Assembly: GCA_051313645.2 (NCBI GenBank) | Contig: JBNRSN020000009.1 | Coordinates: forward strand, 104,408,001-104,472,000 | Reading direction: 5' to 3' | DNA length: 64,000 bases | Source of the DNA: Centroscyllium fabricii | Lineage: Eukaryota | Part shown: piece after piece, positions 1 to 11,179 of the stretch | Position numbering within the stretch: position 1 is the stretch's first letter | How the letters are laid out: each line of letters starts with the position of its first letter | Translations under genes and position numbers: made by a program | The notes under the pieces: generated by a model | Database searches by the model: none | Told to the model about the DNA's origin: nothing | What the model saw: the letters and a program-made list of their open reading frames with translations, nothing else

Positions 1-55
1 GAAGGAAAGCTGTTTCAGCTCGAGTTACTAATGAAGAACTAAGCAGAGTGATATA

Positions 56-738
56 CAAGCTGAGCACCGGTAATCTGGCACCCGATGGTCCGGCACCTTC
101 AGTGGTCGGGCGCGAATTGAAACCGGCGGTCTTCAGTTTGCGGAGCAGCCGCTCGGTAGTGCCACCATTTCCCCGCTGTAAAGCATGTCAATTTATTTTT
201 CAAAAAATTTCATTTTTGTTTTAAATATTTAATTAAATGCCATTTTAATTAATTTTAAATATGTGATTATTTTTATTTATCTGATGTCTAGGTGTATTTT
301 CTGGTGTCTTCCAATTCATACTTATGGGGTTTCCATACATGCGGACTACCGATAAGAATGAATGGGGATTCCCTGCTCTCATTCGTTAGACCGGCCCACG
401 TGATCCCAGGGACGCTCGCGAACCGCCTGCACCCCAGGATACGTGGGCCTCTACCCGCCAGCACCCAGAGAGTTCCAGGACCGTGAATCTCCGTACCTCC
501 TGGACCACCAGGTAGGCGGGCAATTTATTTGTGGATCGGTGGCATTTCCCCGTGGGATGCCTCTGACCACAAGTTCAGCCCCATCAATTATCTCTGCTAT
601 TCCTTCACTCTGAAGTACAAGGTAGCTCTGCTAATCAGTAAGTTTTCGATCCCTTCTTCAACGTTCAGTGGTTCGGAATTTTCAATGGTCCGGCACCGGG
701 TTGGTCCCGAGGGTGCCGGATTACCGGTGCTCAACCTG
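56..738. mobile_element. Tc1/mariner-pogo (Tigger-like) MITE, probably with a nested fragment of another DNA element
   Basis: Imperfect ~28-bp TIRs (CAAGCTGAGCACCGGTAATCTGGCACCC vs reverse complement of the right end CAGGTTGAGCACCGGTAATCCGGCACCC). TA at 54-55 and 739-740. Confidence 0.75.
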
Positions 739-759
739 TATTAAAAATTCTCGCACTAG

Positions 760-1318
760 CAACAACAACTTGTATTTATATAGCACCTTTAACGTAGTAA
801 AACGTCCCAAGGCGCTTCACAGGAGCGTTATCAAACAAAATTTAACACCAAGCCACATAAGGAGATATTTGGGCAGGGTCAAACAGGTAAGTTTTAAGGA
901 GTCCTAAAAGAGGAAAGTGGTAGAGGTACGGAGAGGTTTTTGGAGGGAATTCCAGAGCTTAGGGCCTTGGCAGCTGAAGACATGGTCGCCAATGGTGAAG
1001 CAATTAAAATCAGAGATGCTGAAGAGGCCAGAATTGGAGGAATGCAGATATCCCAGAGGGTTGTAGTTCCAGAGGAGATTACAGAGATAGGGAGGGATTT
1101 GAAAACAAGGATGAGAATTTTAAAAATCGAGGCATTGCTTAACCGGGAGCCAATGTAGGTCAGTGAGCACAGGGGTGATGGGTGAACGGGAGTTGGTGCG
1201 AGTTAGGACACGGGCAGCAGAGTTTTGGATCACCTCAAGTTTACGTCGGGTAGAAGGTTGGAGGCCAGCCAGGAGTGTGCTGGAATAGTCAAGTCTAGAG
1301 GTAACAAAGGCATGGATC
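760..1318 (-). mobile_element. L2-type LINE 3' fragment, degraded
   Basis: Minus strand near 1285-1318 reads IHAFVTSRLDYS (L2 ORF2 motif). L2-type 3' tail at ~760-825. Confidence 0.75.
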
Positions 1319-2040
1319 TATATTTTTGGTTCTACTAAAAAAAATGCAATCAAAGCAACTTAAAACATTTATCTTTCCTCCAAGTTGTCATTCAGAAATG
1401 TATTACGTTTATTATTCAGCATAAAACAGACCCGAATATGCATCAAAAATTCAGAGAACTATTGTAGTACTGCAGTGCCACCTCGTGGTCAACTCTTGAA
1501 ACCATCCTCGTTCTCAAAAACAGAAGAACCAAATCATTGGAAGAGGCACATGGCCCAGAATAGCCTATCGTACATGGCCTTTAACTCACAAATATAGATT
1601 TATCTGGCAAATGCGAGGTAATAACCTGCCTGGAGCTACTATTCTTCAGCAAGTAATAGCCTTCAGAACAGCTGCATGTTCACCATCTCCCTACCATTTA
1701 TTCAAACTTTTCCTTTTCCTTTACTATGGCAGCGGTCAAGAATTCTCAGGTAGCAATGCATAGCTAACCTAAAGGTGGATATCAAGATACTGCGACAACA
1801 ACAAAAATCCCCTTAAACAACCACCTGAATAAACTGGAACCTAAGATAAGTGCTATCAACTGGTAGGGACACCAAATTTCCACCATTGCATTTTCTTGAA
1901 TGACTAAAAGCTGAAGAATGCCAGCAGAAACATGCAGTGAAAACTACCTTAAAGTATTCATGATCAGCACCGAACAATAGAAACATCAAATGCCACTCAG
2001 AACACCTACAATTAGAATTCGAGCACCCCTGATAATAGAT

Positions 2041-3970
2041 TAAGAACATAAGAAGTAGGAGCAGGAGTAGGCCATACGGCCCTTGGGCCTGCTCCGCCAT
2101 TCAATAGGATCATGGCTGATCCGAACGTAGACCCACGTCCACTTCCCTGCCTGGTCCCCGTAACCCCTTATTCCCTTATCAGCTAGGAAACTGTCCATCT
2201 CCATTTAAAATTTATTTAATGTCGCAGCTTCCACAGCTCTCTGAGGCAGCAAATTCCATAGATTCACCACCCGCTGAGTGAAGAAGTTTCTTCTCATCTC
2301 AGTTTTGAAAGGGCAGCCCCTTATTCTCAGATTATGGCCCTGAGTACTAGTCTCACCCATCAGTGGAAACATCCTCACCGCATCCACCCGATCAAGCCCC
2401 CTCACAATCTTATATGTTTCGACAAGATCGCCTCTCACTCTTCTGAATTCCAATGAGTAGAGGCCCAACCTACTTAACCTTTCCTCATAAGTCAACCCCC
2501 TCATCTCCGGAATCAACTGAGTGAATCTTCTCTGAACTGCCTCGAGAGCAAGTATATCTTTTCTTAAATATGGAAACCAAAACTGTATGCAGTACTCCAG
2601 GTGTGGCCTCACCAGTACCCTGTACAACTGCTGCAAGATTTCCCTGCTTTTATACTCCATCCCCCTTGCAATAAAAGCCAAAATTCTATTGGCCTTCCTG
2701 ATCACCTGCTGTACCTGCATACTAACCTTCTGTGTTTCATGCACCAGGACTCCCAGACCCCTTTGTACTGTAGCACTTTGCAGTTTCTCTCCATTCAGAT
2801 AATAACTTGCTCTTTTATTTTTTCTGCCAAAGTGCATAACCTCACACTTTCCAACATTATATTCCATCTGCCAAATGTTTGCCCACTCACTTAGCCTGTC
2901 TATGTCCCTTTGTAGGTTTTTTATGTCCTCCTCACTCACTGCTTTCCCTCCCATCTTAGTATCGTCGGCAAACTTGGATACGTTGCACTCGGTCCCTTCC
3001 TCCAAATCATTAATATAGATTGTAAAGAGTTAGGGTCCCAGCACTGACTCCTGCAGAACACCACCAGTCACTGATTACCAGTCCGAGAATGAATCATTTA
3101 TCCCAACTCTCTGTTTTCTGTTAGATAGCCAATGTTCCACCCATGCCAGTATATTACCCCCAATCCCATGATTTTTTATCTTGTGCAGTAATCTTTTGTG
3201 TGGCACCTTGTCAAATGCCTTTTGGAAGTCCAAATATACCACATCCACTGGTTCCCCTTTATCCACCCTGTTTGTTACATCCTCAAAGAATTCGAGCAAA
3301 TTTGTCAAACATGACTTCCCTTTCATAAAACCATGCTGACACTGTCCGATTAAATTATGTTTATCCAAATGTCCTGTTACTGCTTCCTTAATAATGGACT
3401 CCAACATTTTACCAACCACAGAAGTTAGGCTAACCAGTCTATAGTTCCCAGCCTTTTGTCTGTCTCCCTTTTTAAATAAGGGCGTTACATTAGCAGTTTT
3501 CCAATCTGCTGGGACCTTTCCTGAATCCAGGGAGTTTTGGAAAATTACCATCAATGCATCCACAATCCCTACTGCTTCTTCTTTCAAGACTCTAGGATGT
3601 AAGCCATCAGGTTCAGGGAATTTATCTGCCTTTAGTCCCATTATCTTATCAAGTACCACCTCCTCAGTAATTTTAATCATGTTTAGCTCCTTCCCCTTTA
3701 TAGCCTCCTGTTTGTCCAGTGTTGGGATATTTTTAGTGTCCTCTACTGTAAAAATTGATTCCAAGTATTTGTTCAGCGTTTTTGCCATCTCCATGTTCCA
3801 CACCACTAACTTTCCGGTCTCGTCCTCTAAGGGACCAACATTCACTTTAGCTACCCTTTTTTCTTTATATAACTGTAGAAACTCTTGCTATCTGTTTTTA
3901 TATTTTTTGCTAGTTTACTTTCATAATCTTTCTTCACTTTCTTAATTAAACTTTTAGTTATTCTTTGCTG
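2041..3970 (-). mobile_element. CR1 (HER1-like) LINE, 5'-truncated RT pseudogene
   Basis: ORFs 3075-3845 and 2205-3005 are in frame, split by one stop. Motifs YLDFQKAFDKVPH, KFADDTK, RPHLEYC. (TTCTTATG)n-type tail at ~2041-2054. Confidence 0.93.
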
Positions 3971-4910
3971 TGATTAGCGCTAATCACCTCATTACTTATT
4001 ATTTGCTATTGTTTCTTTTTTTAATCTCAAGTTGAACCCTAAGATAGAGAGAAACACATATTGAAAATCTTTGTACATTGCATAAGTGATAATACCATCA
4101 AAATGGTTTTGGGCATTTCACAGCTGATTCTGGCAATTTATGGTTAAGTTTCAGATCGTGTCTTTAGCATATTTCAGAACATTAAAAAAATGACAATTAA
4201 AGAAGCAGAAATCAGCATATACAATCGGGCCTGAGGAAAACAGAACCTACAGCATATTCCTTCTTTTATATCAGAAAATTTAAAGTTTGAAGCAATCAAA
4301 CCATCCTTTCTGCACATTAGGGACAGAGTTTTTAAGAAAATGTGATCCTGGAAGTTTTTAAAACTTTTTAATGTAACTCATTTTGATCTTTTAAAAATGC
4401 ATTCAAAGATCCACAATATGCAGTGTAGCGCTCAGCGTCGAGAAATTAGAACAAATGAATCGCTTTAAAACATCATCACAAAGCAACAGAAATGTGACTT
4501 AAAATTTTAAATGGGGAATATTCTCGTTCTCTTGTCTTTTGCATGGGGTGGAGTTATGTCATTGAGCCGCAGCGATTTGGTGGAGATTTCACCAAGGAAT
4601 TTCGGGCAAGTGTAAATTATGTATGAATTTCCTCAATATTTTGCATTGGAAATCGGCATTACGTTGTGCTTATGCCACTATTTTCAGTTTTCAGAAAATT
4701 CCAGCCCATTGTTAAGGTTCAGACATGAAAAGTAGCCACTTCGATGAGTGCTGGGAGATGACTGGCGCCTATGGAACCCATCAGTAGCAGTGCTGTGTAA
4801 TATCCCAGCTTTTCCGAGAGGAGGGAAGAAACTTTACCAGGAAACGTTTGACAGAAATCTTTTAATTAAAACACACACAAAACTAAATAATGGCAATTTA
4901 AGTAAAGTAT

Positions 4911-5591
4911 GGGGGGAAAATTGGGTTCCTTGCGCCAGCCGTTAGCGCCCTAAGAGGGCTGCTAATGGGGCACAAGGCACCTAGCGCCTGGGCTGGCGCC
5001 TCCCGGTATATTTAGTGGGGTGCTGGCAGCGGCAGCAGCCGGTAGCGCTGTGCCACTGGCGATGATGTCATCGCCGTGCGCAGCGCCTCGCTCGCGCCCT
5101 GGCCTCAAACGTCAGTCGCACCCCCTGGCATAGCACCGGACGCTGGCACCGACAAGGTCAGGGGCACGCAGCAGCAGCCGGGCCAGCGCTATTTAAAGGG
5201 GGGGGGGTGCCAGGCAACCATTTTTCTTTCTGGCTGACTACCAGCACCTGCCCCCCCCCACCATCCCCGATGCCCCCCCGCGGAGTGCTGGCTGTGCTCC
5301 GTGAGCCCGGCACTTCCCTCGAGTGCCGGGCTCCTTTGGCAGCACTGCGATCCCCGGCAGTCCAGCGGGGCTCCGGGCCGTGCCACGCTAGGCCACTCCC
5401 CTTTAAGAAGGGGAGGGAGGCCTGCAGTACCACGGCGCGGCGTACTGCAGAGCGTGGCACAGCGGCCCACAGCGGCTGAAATTGAGTTGGGGCGCTAAAA
5501 CCCAATTTCAGGCTGAACGGCGCTAACTTTTTCAGGGCGCTAAAAGGAGCACCCCGCCGAGGTTAGCGCCCCAACCCCAATCTTTCCCCCT
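4911..5591. mobile_element. Non-autonomous DNA transposon with GG termini (PIF/Harbinger-like), family H1
   Basis: Ends GGGGGGAAAATTGGG and CCCAATCTTTCCCCC. A related copy lies at ~28401-29716. Confidence 0.6.
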
Positions 5592-6133
5592 ATGAATACA
5601 AGAATATTTGGACAGCCCACAGGCAGAACTGTTCCGTTTATAACAAGATTCATCTGGAGGGCCAGACTTGCTAGATATTGAAATTCAGTCTTGGCATCAT
5701 GTCATAAATAAGTGAACTCAACAGCCCTAGGTGAGAGGGTGCCACAGTTCTCCTCCACTCCCACCATCACCAAGATATTTCTGATCAGAATAGATGCTTT
5801 CATATTATTATTTTGCATGGATTCTTGCGAGACACTCTTTACCCATACAGTTTGCAAACCGCTGATAGGATAACTAATTGCATATAATTTCAACATAGGA
5901 CAGTATTAAATGTGAGCTGATATAGAATATATGACTAAATAACTCTACACAAAGGGCATACTGTGTGGTCCAACCAATGGTTGGATACTTGGTCAGTACA
6001 GATAAGTAGCTTACCAGTGTACACTGAAATCTGAAGCAATCTTATCTCCTGTGAATGGAAAGTGTAAAACTGTGAATGCAGACTTTTCAACAAACAATTT
6101 TGTGCTGACTGTTTATTGGAAAACACTGGCCAA

Positions 6134-6534
6134 GGGCAGCACGGTGGCATAGTGGTTAGCACTGTTGCCTTACAACACTAGAGACCCGGGTTCAAATCCG
6201 GCCTCGGGTGACTATCTGTGTGGAGTTTGCACATACTCCCCGTGTCTGCGTGGGTTTCCTCCTGGTGCTCCGGTTTCCTCCCACAGTCCAAAGATGTGCG
6301 GGTTAGGTTGATTGGCCATGATAAATTGACTCTTAGTGTTAGGGGGATTAAATATGTGGGGTTACGGGGATAGGGTGGGATATGCGTCGTTGCAGACTCG
6401 AGAGGGATCGAGGGATATGGGGACAAGGCAGGGACAGGGTACTGGGTTTGGATGATCAGCCATGATCTCATTGAATGGCGGAGCAGGCTCGAAGGGCCCA
6501 ATGGCCTACTCCTGCTCTTATCTTCTATGTCTAT
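6134..6534 (+). mobile_element. HE1-type tRNA-derived V-SINE; tail interrupted by E1 and resuming at 11498
   Basis: tRNA-like head (A box TGGCATAGTGG, B box GGTTCAAATCC), V core TGTGTGGAGTTTGCAC...TGCGTGGGTTTCC, CR1-like 3' end, (TCTATG)n tail. Confidence 0.88.
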
Positions 6535-6843
6535 AGTGGTAACCGTTATATGTACTCTTATTACCACCTTAATATTGTTACCAATATTACTTGTATGTAT
6601 AGCGGCCGAGTGCATGACATAACTGTCCTGTATTGCGACACTGTCGCGGGGTCAGGTCAGCCACACCTCTAACTCCTCCCCTCGTGGGGACTGACCTGCC
6701 CCCATTCATTCTGTACCTGATATTCGATCGGAGCGTAGCTCCTTTGTAAGCTAATAAAAGCCTATAGTTAAGGTAACTACGCGTCTTAGTTTTATTAGAC
6801 TATTGACGATACGTCAATTTTATTAGCTTAGAAAAATTCTAAA

Positions 6844-9800
6844 ATGGAGAGCGGCGCTGTAAAACCTGAAAAGCTGGACATTAGTCCACAGGACCCAGCC
6901 ACCGCCAACACCTTCGAACACTGGTTCGGCCTCCTGGAGGCCCACATGGACGCCGCCAAGGCTACAACTGACGAGAACAAGCTACATGTTCTCCGGTCCA
7001 GGATCTCCAGCCGGGTATTCTCCTTCTTCCGTGACGCCACAACATACCCCGATGCGGTGGCTAAACTGAGGAAATGCTACGAGCGCCCGGTCCACTCAGT
7101 CTACGCCAGACATGTGCTCGCGACCAGACCACAACTACCGAGTGAGTCAAATGAGCAGTTCGAGCAGGCGCTCCAAGCCCTTGTCCGGGTCTGTGGCTGA
7201 CAACCACGGACGGCACAAGAGGAGGCGAACCTCCTCGTCCGGGACGCCTATGTAACGGGACTCAGGTCCGCAGAGGCCCGCCAGTGGCTGCTGGAAAAAG
7301 ACACTTTAAGTCTGGAGGAGGCGATCTCCATCGCCAACGCTGTGGAGGGCGCACGCCGCAAGCTGCAGGCATACGGCGGCCCAAACCCACAGGCCGTCTA
7401 CGACGCGTGGGCAGTCCCACAATGGGTCGAGACCCCCACAATGGCAGCGGCAGCTGCGAGGACGCCGGCGGAGAAGAAATGCTACTTCTGCAGCCAGGGA
7501 CTACACCCACGGGTGAGATGCCCAGCGAAGACCGCGACCTGCGAGAGGTGCTCAAAGAAAGGACATGACGCCAAGGCCTGCAGATCAGCCCCGGCGCCCA
7601 ACTCCAGGTACAACAGCACGGCCTGCGAAAGCTCCAACACCAGCCCTTGGCCTCAGGTAAGCTGCAACTGCAGCGCGACCCAGCGACGGTCCGGGGGTAG
7701 AGTACAAGCGCCCCCGTCTCCCACCCTGATGCGGCAGAGGCCGGCTGCACCCACGGCACGCCAAACTCAGCCACGGCCGGCCATGCGCGACCCCCCAACG
7801 CCGGCATCCCGCCCAGCGCGTCTCGCTGCGTGCGAATTACGGGCACCGCCAACCCAGCCACCGCGGCCCGCTGCATGCGAACCACGGGCACCGCCAACCC
7901 AGCCACCGCGGCCCGCTGCGTGCGAACCACGGGCACCGCCACCGCATCTACAGCGGCCCGCCGTGTGCGAACCACGGGCGCCGCCATCTTGTCTTCAGCG
8001 GCCAGCCATGTGCGACCCCCCGGCGCCGCCATCTTGTCTTCAGCGGCCAGCCATGTGCGACTCTCCGGCGCCGCCATTTTGTCCCCAGAGGCCGGCCATG
8101 TGCGAACCACGGGCGCCGCCATCTTGTGTACGGCCCCGACGAGCGGAGGGCTCCCACACACACACACACACTTCGGCCTCAGACATCCTGAAAGTCGATC
8201 AGGCTAGGCCGCACACCCTATCAAATTCCATGATGGGGATTAAAGTCAACGGCCATGCCACTAACTGCCTGTTCGACACCGGAAGCACAGAGAGCTTCAT
8301 TCACCCCGATACAGCGCAGCGCTACGGACTGCAGACCCTGCCCACGTGCTACCAAATCTCCATTGCTTCACAGTCCCACACCGCGGACGTCACCGGCTAC
8401 TGCTCTGTCATGCTCACAGTTAAGGGCTGCATGTACCGTAATTTTAAATTGTACATACTCAAGCAGTTGTGCGCCCCAGTCTTACTGGGACTGGATCTCC
8501 AGTGCCACCTTAAGAGTTTGACAATGGATTTCGGCGGGACCCTGCCCCCCCTCACCGTCAGTAGCCAGGACAATCTCTTCCCAAAGCGGTGCCCGGCCTG
8601 CGGCCTCTCCACCCTGAAAGTCGACCCCCCCTCACTGTTCGCCAACCTCGACCCCAACTTCAAGCCCATTGCTACTAAGAGTCGGCGGTACAGTGCAGGG
8701 GATCGGACGTTTATCAGGTCGGAGGTCGGGCGTATGCTGAAGGAGGGGATAATTGAAGCCAGCACCAGCCCCTGGCGGGCCCAGGTTGTAGTGGTTAAGA
8801 CTGGCGAGAAACATCGGATGGTTATCGATTACAGCCAGACCATTAACCGCTACACCGGGCTCGATGCCTACCCCCTCCCCCGCATCTCGGAAATGGTTAA
8901 CCAGATCGCCCAATATAAGGTGTTCTCCACAATCGACCTTAAGTCGGCGTATCACCAACTCCCGATCCGGAAAGCCGACCGCCCGTACACCGCCTTCGAG
9001 GCGAACGGTCGGCTCTACCACTTCCTCTGGGTCCCCTTCGGCGTGACCAACGGGGTGTCGGTATTCCAGAGGGAGATGGAGGTTGACCAAAACGGGTTGC
9101 AAGCCACCTTCCCCTACCTGGACAACGTGACCAACTGCAGCCATGACCAGCAGGACCACGATGCCAATCTGGCCAAATTGCTGCACACGGCGAAACGGCT
9201 AGATCTCACATACAACAAAGACAAATGTGTCTTTTGTACAGATCGGCTCGCCATCCTCGGATACGTGGTGGAAAACGGGCTCCTCGGCCCCGACCCACAG
9301 CGTAGGCATCCCTTACAGGAACTGCCCCTTCCTCACAACCCCAAAGCCCTGAAGAGATGTCTGGGATTTTTCTCCTATTACACGCAATGGGTTCCCCAGT
9401 TCGCGGATAAGGCCAGACCGCTCCTTAAGGCTGCCGCCTTCCCCCTCTCGGTAGAAGCCCAAACGGCATTCGCCCGGATCAAGGAAGACATTATCAAGGC
9501 GACCATGCATGCCGTTGATGAATCCATCCCTTTCCAGGTGAAGAGTGACGCTTCGGACTTTGCCCTTGCCGCCACCCTGAATCAGGCAGGCAGGCCCGTA
9601 GCGTTTTTCTCCCGCACCTTACAGGGACCCGAGATTCGCCACTCTGCAGTGGAAAAGGAGGCCCAGGCCATCGTGGAGGCCGTGCGCTACTGGCGTCATT
9701 ACCTGGTCGGTAAGCGTTTTACCCTGCTCACCGACCAACGGTCGGTCGCGTTTATGTTTAATAATAAACAAAAGGGTAAAATCAAAAATGATAGGATCCT

Positions 9801-11179
9801 GCGGTAGCGGATCGAGCTCTCGACTTATGAGTACGACATTCTTTACCGACCAGGCAAACTCAATGAACCCCCGGACGCACTGTCCAGGGGAACGTGCGCC
9901 AGTGCCCAGCTAGACCGGCTGAAGGAACTCCACGATCGCCTCTGCCACCCAGGTGTCACCAGACTTGCCCACTTCGTAAAATCCCGTAGCCTCCCCTACT
10001 CCATCACGGAGATCAAGGCTATGACCCGAGAGTGCCCTGTTTGCGCCGAGTGCAAACTCCAATTTTTCAGGCCAGACACGGCGCACCTCATTAAGGCCAC
10101 CCGCCCCTTTGAACGTCTAAGCGTGGACTTCAAAAGCCCCCTCCCCACCACCGACCGCAACTCGTACTTCCTCACGGTCGTAGACGAGTTCTCCCGCTTC
10201 CCCTTCGCCTTCCCCTGCCCAGATATGACGAGCGCAACAGTGATTAAACACTTCACCACGCTGTTCGCTATTTTCTGTCTCCCCAGCTACATCCATAGCG
10301 ACCGGGGGGCGTCGTTCATGAGCGACGAACTGCGTCAGTTTCTGCTCCAGAAAGGGGTTGCCTCGAGCAGAACGACCAGTTACAACCCCCTGGGGGAACG
10401 GCCAGGTAGAAAGGGAGAACGGGATCATCTGGAAGGCGGTCAGCCTGGCTCTGAAGTCCAGAGGCCTTCCAGTGTCCCGTTGGCAGGCAGTCCTCCCTGA
10501 TGTGCTGCACTCGATACGCTCTCTGTTGTGTACGGCCACCAACGCCACACCTCACGATTTACTCTTTTCCTTCCCCAGGAAGTCGACTTTGGGGACAGCC
10601 CTTCCACCGTGGCTCACGATGCCGGGGCCGGTCTTGCTTAGGAAGCACGTCCGCAGCCATTAGACCGACCCCCTGGTAGACAAGGTGCAGCTGCTGCACG
10701 GCAACCAGCAGTGCGCGTATGTACAGTTCCCAGACGGGCGCGAGGACACCGTCTCCATCAGGGACCTAGCGCCCGCCGGGAGCACCACAGCAGAGCCCCT
10801 GGTCGGGCAGCAGCCCGCCCAGCCACTATATTTCGGCCACCTCCAGCCACTACATATCGACCACTGGCCGATACACGACCCACAACCCACCGGAGGCTGG
10901 CCGCCACTACCGTATAGTTCGGAGCCCCCGCCATTGCCAGCTGAGGACCGAGACTCAGATGACCAGCTGCAGGCACAGCAGCAACCACAGGTCTCGGCCC
11001 CACCGCCACCACCAGCACCTACAGTACCGGCACCAGCGCCGCCGCCACCACTGGCACCAGCGCCGCCGATGCTGCAGGAACCAGAACATTCGACAGAGAT
11101 CCCGCGGTCCTCCAGACAGACGCGACCGCCGGATAAGCTAATCATGAACTGCTCTGTCCATTCACCCCGCCGGACTTGA
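6844..11179 (+). pseudogene. E1 gag-pol (originally one ORF): Gag with 2 CCHC knuckles, PR, RT, RNase H, IN
   Basis: CYFCSQGLHPRVRC..CERCSKKGHDAKAC, LFDTGS, YLDN, HHCC and DDE integrase. In-frame stops at 7198, 9805 and 10661; frameshift near 10391. Confidence 0.93.
7819..8133 (+). repeat. 45-bp (15-aa) tandem repeat in the gag-protease linker; also in E2, E4 and E5
   Basis: Units RPAACEPRAPPTQPP / RPAMCDPPAPPSCLQ. GCCGCCATYTTG at 7980, 8025, 8070 and 8115. Confidence 0.9.

Noticed and set aside
6134-6210. tRNA-like sequence
   Set aside because: SINE head, not a tRNA gene; the same applies at 49703 and 61766.
10685-11179. Pro-rich ORF after integrase as a possible env or extra gene
   Set aside because: It is the integrase C-terminal tail separated by a nonsense mutation; it is continuous in E2 and E4, with no signal peptide or transmembrane segment.
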